A DNA stretch of 64,000 nucleotides, taken from NCBI RefSeq assembly GCF_963921235.1, contig NC_086108.1:109494001-109558000 (forward strand), read 5' to 3'. The notes beneath the pieces were generated by a model that made no database searches, was not told the origin of the DNA, and saw nothing but the letters and a program-made list of their open reading frames with translations. Each line of letters opens with the position of its first letter. Within the stretch, counting starts at the first letter, position 1. This stretch comes from Mobula hypostoma (taxonomy: Eukaryota). Made by a program: the position numbers and the translations under genes. Below are positions 58,465 to 64,000 of this stretch, piece after piece.

Positions 58465-61400
58465 GGTTTTTTTCTGGCAGCCCAATTGATCGGAAGTGAG
58501 AGAGGAGGTAATTAGTTAGTCCGTGAGTGAGATTTAGAAAGGAGCATTCACAAGCTTCCTGTGTTCTTCCGGCAGCTCAGTCGTATCATGGTTCATTAAC
58601 AACAGCAAATAAAAATAAGGCAAGGGCAAGTGGAGCAGCTGTTGTGTGAGTGGACTAGTGTTGGAATGGGGCAGCTTTGGCTCATCAAGCTTCAGCAGGA
58701 ACAGACCCGGGTGAGGTAAGTATCTGCTAAATTTCTTCTCCTTCATTCTTCATCTGTTAGTATATAGTTAGAGCGGGAGGATGGCTCCAGGAGCTGGGTT
58801 GTGTTCTTTGTGTGAGATGTGGGAATTCTGGGAGACCTCCAGTCTCCTGGATAGCCACGTTTGCACCAGCTGCACCGAGCTGCAGCTCCTCAGAGACCGT
58901 GTTAAGGAACTAGAGCTGCAGCTTAATGACCTTCAGCTCACATGGGGAACTGAGGAGGTGTAGACAGAAGCTATAGTCACCATGAGCTGCACGAGGCAGG
59001 TTTCCGGGTGACTGTCGGAAGAGGGACAGGAAATGGGCAGCAAATACAGAGTGCCCCTGTGATCATTATCTTCACTAATACTATTGAGGGGATGACCTGC
59101 TGAGGGAAGCCACAGTGACCAGGTCTCTGGCACCGAGTCTGGCACAGTGGTTCAGAAGGGAAGGAGGAACAAGAGGACTGCAGTAGTAAACACAGAAACA
59201 TAGAAAACCTACAGCACAATACAGGCCCTTCCGGTCGAATTGGGTCCACAGCATTCTAAAGGGGAGCACAGGCAGCTACAAGTCTTGGTACAAAGGTAGG
59301 AAAGGCAAGGAAGTCCTGAAGAGAGAATTTATGCAGCCAGATATAAAGCTGAAAAGCAGGACCCCCAGGGTAGTAACCTCTGGAATACTGCCTGTGCCAT
59401 GCATCAGTGAGGATAAGAATAAGATGATTCCATAGTTAGGAGTGTAGATACCAGATTCTGTGGATGCAACAGAGACACCCAGTTGCCTCCCAGGTCCCAG
59501 GGTCAGGGATGACTCGATTGGGTCCATGGCATTCTGAAGGGGGAGGGCGGGCAGCTAGAAGTCTTGGTACAAAGGTAGGAAGGCGAGGAGAGCCAGGTAG
59601 AAATTTAAAGCAGGGCCCTCAGGGTAGTAACCTCTGGAATACTGCCTGTGCCACGTATCAGTGAGGGTAAGAATAGGATGATCTGGCAGATGAATGCATG
59701 GCTGAGGAACTGGTGCAGGGGACAGGGCTTCAAATTTCTGGATTATTGGGATTTCTTCTAGGGAAGGTATGACCCTTCAAAAGGGACAGGTCACATCTGA
59801 ACCCAAGGAGGACCAATAACTTTGTGGGCAGGTTTGCTAGAACTGTTAGGGAGAGTTTAAACAAATTTGGCAGGGGATGGGAAACTGAGTGATAGGGTTG
59901 AGGATGGAGCAATTGGTAGACAAGCAGGGGTAGTCTGTAACTGGACTCTCAGAAAGGACAGGCAGGTGATAGGATACAATTTCAGTCAATGCGATGAGTT
60001 GCAGTGTAACGGGGGAAAAAATCGAAAAAGGTGATAAATTCAGGAACAAAGGTGATATATTTGAATGCATGCAGTATACAGAATAAGGTAGATGATATTA
60101 TGCAGTTAGAGACTGGCAGATATGATGTTGTGGGCGTCACTGATTCATGGTTGAAAGACGATTATAGTTGGGAGCTTAAAATCCAAGAGTACACATTTTA
60201 TTGAAAAGTCAGACAGGTGGGCAGAGAGAGTAGGGTGCTCTGTTGGTAAAAAATGAAATCAAAAGAGATGACATAGGATCAGAAGATATAGTGTCGTTGT
60301 GGGTAAAGTTAAGAAACTGCAAGGGTAAAAAGACCTTGATGGGAGTTATATAGAAGCTTCCAAACCTTAGCCAGGATGTGGGCTACAAATTGCAACAGGA
60401 GACAGAAAACACATGTCAAAAGGGCGATTTCATGATAGTCAAGGGGGATTACAATATGCAGGTAAATTGGGAAAATCAGGTTGATGGTGATTTTGGATGC
60501 TGAGAGAGAATTTGGAGAATGCCTACAAAATGGCTTTCTAGAGCAGCTTGTGGCTGAGCACGCAAGGGGATTGGGTGTTATGCAATGAACTGGATTTGAT
60601 TAGGGAGCTTAAGGTAAAGGAACCCTCAGGAGCCAGTGATCATAACATTATAGAATTCACCCTGTAATTTGAGAGGGAGAATATAAAGTCAAATGTATCA
60701 GCATTACAGTGGGGTATATGGAACTACAGAGGCATGAGAGAGGAGCTGGCCAAAGTTGATTTGAAGAAGACATTAACATTGATGATGGCAGAGCAGCAAT
60801 GGCTGGAGTTTCTGGAGCAATTCAGAAGGCATAATATATTAATTTATTGAGATATAGCATGGAGTCGACCCTTCCAGCCCTTTGAGCTGCAATGCCTAGT
60901 AATCCTCTGATTTAACCCTGGTCTAATCATAGGACAATTTATAGTGACCAACTAATCTACTAACTGGTACATCTTTGGAGTTGGGAGGAAACCAGAACAC
61001 CCAGATACATCTCAAAGGGGAAGAAGTATTCTAGAGGCAAGATAATAAAGCCGTGGTTGACAAGGGAAGTCAAAGCCAACAATAAAAGCCAAAGAGATGA
61101 CATATAATGGAGCAAAAATTAGTGGGAAGAGTTAGAGGACTGAGAAGCTTTTGAATAACAAAAGAAAGAAATTAAATAAAACCATAAGGAGAGAAAAGAT
61201 GGAATATTAAGGTAAGCTACTCAATAACATAAAGAGGATACCAAATGATTTTTCAGATATATAAAGAGTGAAAGAGAGGTGAGAGTAGATATCAGACCAC
61301 TGGAAAATGACACTGAAGAGGTAGTAAAGGGCGACGAGGAAATAGTGGATAATCTGAATAGATATTTTGCTGCAGACTTCACTGTGGAAGACATCAGCAG

Positions 61401-61815
61401 TATGCAGTAAGTTCAAGAGTGTCAGGGGTCAGAAGTGAGCACAGTTGTTATTTCTCGGGAGAAGGTTCTTGAGCAGCTGAAAGACTTGAAGGTAGATAGG
61501 CCTCCTGGACCAGATGGACTATACTCCAGGGCTCTGAAAGGGGTAGCTGAAGAGATTGCAGAGGCATTAGTAATGATCTTACAAGAATCACTAGATTCTG
61601 ACATTGTTCTGGAAGACTAGAAAATTGCAAACGTCACTCCATTCTTCAAGAAGGGATGGGGTAGAAGAAAGGAAATTGTAGGCCTGTTAGCCTGATCAAA
61701 GAGGTTGGAGTTGATTGTTAAGGATGAGGTTTGATGGTACTTGGAGGTACATGGTAAAATAGGCAAAAGTAGGCAGGGTTTCCTTGAAGGAATATCTTGC
61801 CTGACAAATTTGTTG
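58465..61815 (+). mobile_element. CR1 LINE 5' part: 5' UTR, ORF1 (Zn-finger/leucine zipper and esterase) and ORF2 endonuclease; pseudogenised
   Basis: CSLCEMWE..HVCTSCTELQLLRDRVKELELQL; NAWLRNWCRGQGFKFLDYW; VIYLNACSIQNKVDD; GVTDSWL; PGPDGLYSRALK. Confidence 0.9.
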
Positions 61816-61880
61816 GAAGATGGAGGACTCTGTTGGCAGACTATGCCCAGTTAAGTAAAGGGGTGGTGGGCTTGAGAAGA

Positions 61881-61998
61881 ATCAGCATCACAGGCACACA
61901 GCATCAGACGCACAACATGATATACACAACATCAGATACACAACATCGGATACACATCAGATGCACAGTATCAGATACACAACATCAGATATACAACA
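61881..61998. repeat. Short minisatellite (CATCAGATACACAA)n
   Basis: About 8 imperfect 11-14 bp units. Confidence 0.8.
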
Positions 61999-61999
61999 A

Positions 62000-62405
62000 G
62001 AAAGACATGAATTTAACATAAATTATGCAAAGTTATACAAAGTACAAGAAAGAGCACAATTAGAACAAAAATATCTAAGGCAATTATAAAGCAAAGTGAT
62101 CAAAGTGGTCAGATTGTTGCTCTACTAAAATAGTGACCGTGGTTTTGACAATGGTTCAAGAACAGAATGGTTGAAGGGAAGTTGCTCTTCCTGAAGCTGG
62201 TGGTGTGGGACTTCAGGCTTCTGTACTTCCTTCCTGATGGTCACTATGAGAAGATGGCATGTGCCAGATAGTGGGGATCTATGATGGTGGATATTTGTCT
62301 CTTGAAGCAACACCTCCTGTTGATACTTTCGATGGTGGAGAGGGATATGTCTGTGATCTATTAGTTTGAGCCCAACACTCTCTGCATCTTCTTATATTCC
62401 TGCGC
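62000..62405 (-). mobile_element. Old Rex1/Babar 3' end
   Basis: Minus-strand DPHYLAHAIFS..PSGRKYRSL remnant. Confidence 0.75.
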
Positions 62406-63348
62406 ATCTAAATGTATCTCCTTCCTATTCTTTACCCTGGGGGAAATGGACCTTATTATAATTTATAAACTTCTGTCAGGTCATAAGCAGAAAGAATCTA
62501 AATTCTACCTCCCAGTTGCACTAACTGCTATGCTATCACATCTGTTTAGTTGGAGCAGACTCGTTGTTTCTGCTGTACCTAAGTGGTCAGTATAAGATTA
62601 ATTTGTACTGCTCTATATAATGTTTTAAAATGCCATAACAAATCAAGTAAGTGCTCAGGCATTCATCACAAGTTCTCCATGTCAGGATTGTGATAGTATT
62701 GAGTTTGCTGACCATGAAGTTCTAAACTCAAATGAAGAGTTTAAGCCCTATTGGATATATTAGCCATGAGTATTTTCAGTAAATACTGGAACTACCAATT
62801 CTTCAAAGGCTAATTCTCTTCCCTGTTTATTCTCCATGGTGAGTTTAGTTCAAGTTCAAGTTAAATTATCATTCAACTATTCATGAATAGAGGCAAACCA
62901 AACAGTGTTACTCTGGGGCCAAGGTTCAAAACATAACATCAACAGTCATACACAACACAAGGTACATATAGCACAAACAAGATAGCAGTAAACACACAGT
63001 AACACAACAAAAAATATATACAAATCCCTGATTCCATGAATGTTGCAGCAGTCTGCAGTCGAACACAATAGTGCTTGTCTAGTGTTAGAGTGAGTTTTTT
63101 TTGGGTAGATGATTGGTTTACACTTAAATGACTTTGGCCACCAGACTTCTATTTTAATTGTTGGACAATGCGCTTCCTAAAAGGGTGTGAATACCAGATG
63201 CTTCTGGCACCGTAGTTCGACCAGATGCTGTAGTTTCAAAGACAGTATTATCTATACATTATAAATATTAATTGTCTTCTATGTTAGCACATAAAATGCC
63301 AAATAAATGTATTGTGGATTTAACAGGCTGTGGATGCCAACCCAGACA

Positions 63349-63624
63349 TGTTGGCGTCGGAAGGAAAGGATGAAATCTGAAGGTGTGATGTTTGTACGTA
63401 GCTTCAAAAGGAAACATTGTCTAAGCATTGTCTATAACTTTTTAAGTAGCGATTGCCTTTGTGTTCAGCATATAAATATCGAGCCTACATTGAGCTAACA
63501 GACCTTTCTGCGGGAAGCGTCTCCATCCGTAGATGCCTGCTGTACCTTGTTGTGTCGAATAAAGAAGCTGCTTTGTATCTACCAGTGACCCTGTCTCTCC
63601 GGTGATTTCATCCACGCTACAACA
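63349..63624 (+). mobile_element. Possible short solo LTR
   Basis: TATAAAT (63471), AATAAA (63558) and end ...CTACAACA; start TGTTG (63349) or TGTG (63384). No TSD found. Confidence 0.4.
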
Positions 63625-64000
63625 TCTTGCGCTGAGTAAACACTGGAGGGTAGCACTGATGCCAACCTGGACGCCACGCCACACCGCCTTCAGCTTTGAC
63701 TTTCCTGGATGGCTACCAATAAGGCGTCACCGTAGCTTGAGGCCTGGTCCTCGCTATGACCAAGGCAACAGAGCCACCCTGTGACTTGCAATTTTCCACA
63801 TTACCAATATCCAACAGTCTTGTGACCACAAGAAAACTGACTAAGACAATCACTTGCTGTTAGGGTGCACACTGTCTTCGCATGCCAATGCCTCTCTGTA
63901 GCAGGCAGCAGCAAGGTCCACACCAAGTGCACCTCCTTCAGTTTCTCCACCAACAAGCAACTCGCTGATGGGGTAGACCTGTGGTACTTTAAGCTATTAA

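Noticed and set aside
63327..63382. Plus-strand exon AACAG|GCTG...GAAG|GTGTGA
   Set aside because: Weak splice sites, unrecognised peptide, and overlap with the LTR-like block.

Overview
Eukaryotic genomic DNA with no recognisable host protein-coding gene. The repeat repertoire (HE1/V-type SINEs, CR1 LINEs, a Deu-domain SINE, Rex1/Babar, Penelope-like elements) points to a cartilaginous fish, probably a ray; this is an inference. Most of the window is nested, decayed transposable elements. These include CR1 LINEs (one retains ORF1 and the endonuclease), five young Rex1 3' ends, a Passport-like Tc1 transposon, Tc1 and hAT MITEs, solo LTRs, four young tRNA/CORE SINEs and about 20 Penelope-derived pseudo-LTR pieces. 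The main signal is that the Penelope pseudo-LTR carries a minimal type-I hammerhead ribozyme (AGUC-CUGAYGA-A-GGGU/GCCC-GAAA-CG-UC-GACU). One copy (931-966) retains all core residues. The youngest insertions are head-to-head fold-backs with 14-15 bp target duplications. Several retro-insertions have templated or chimeric 5' junctions. Two CpG-retaining unique islands (about 9.7-10.2 kb and 49.6-50.0 kb) look like promoters or first exons. All family names come from visual recognition of motifs, not database searches, and boundaries of old elements are approximate.
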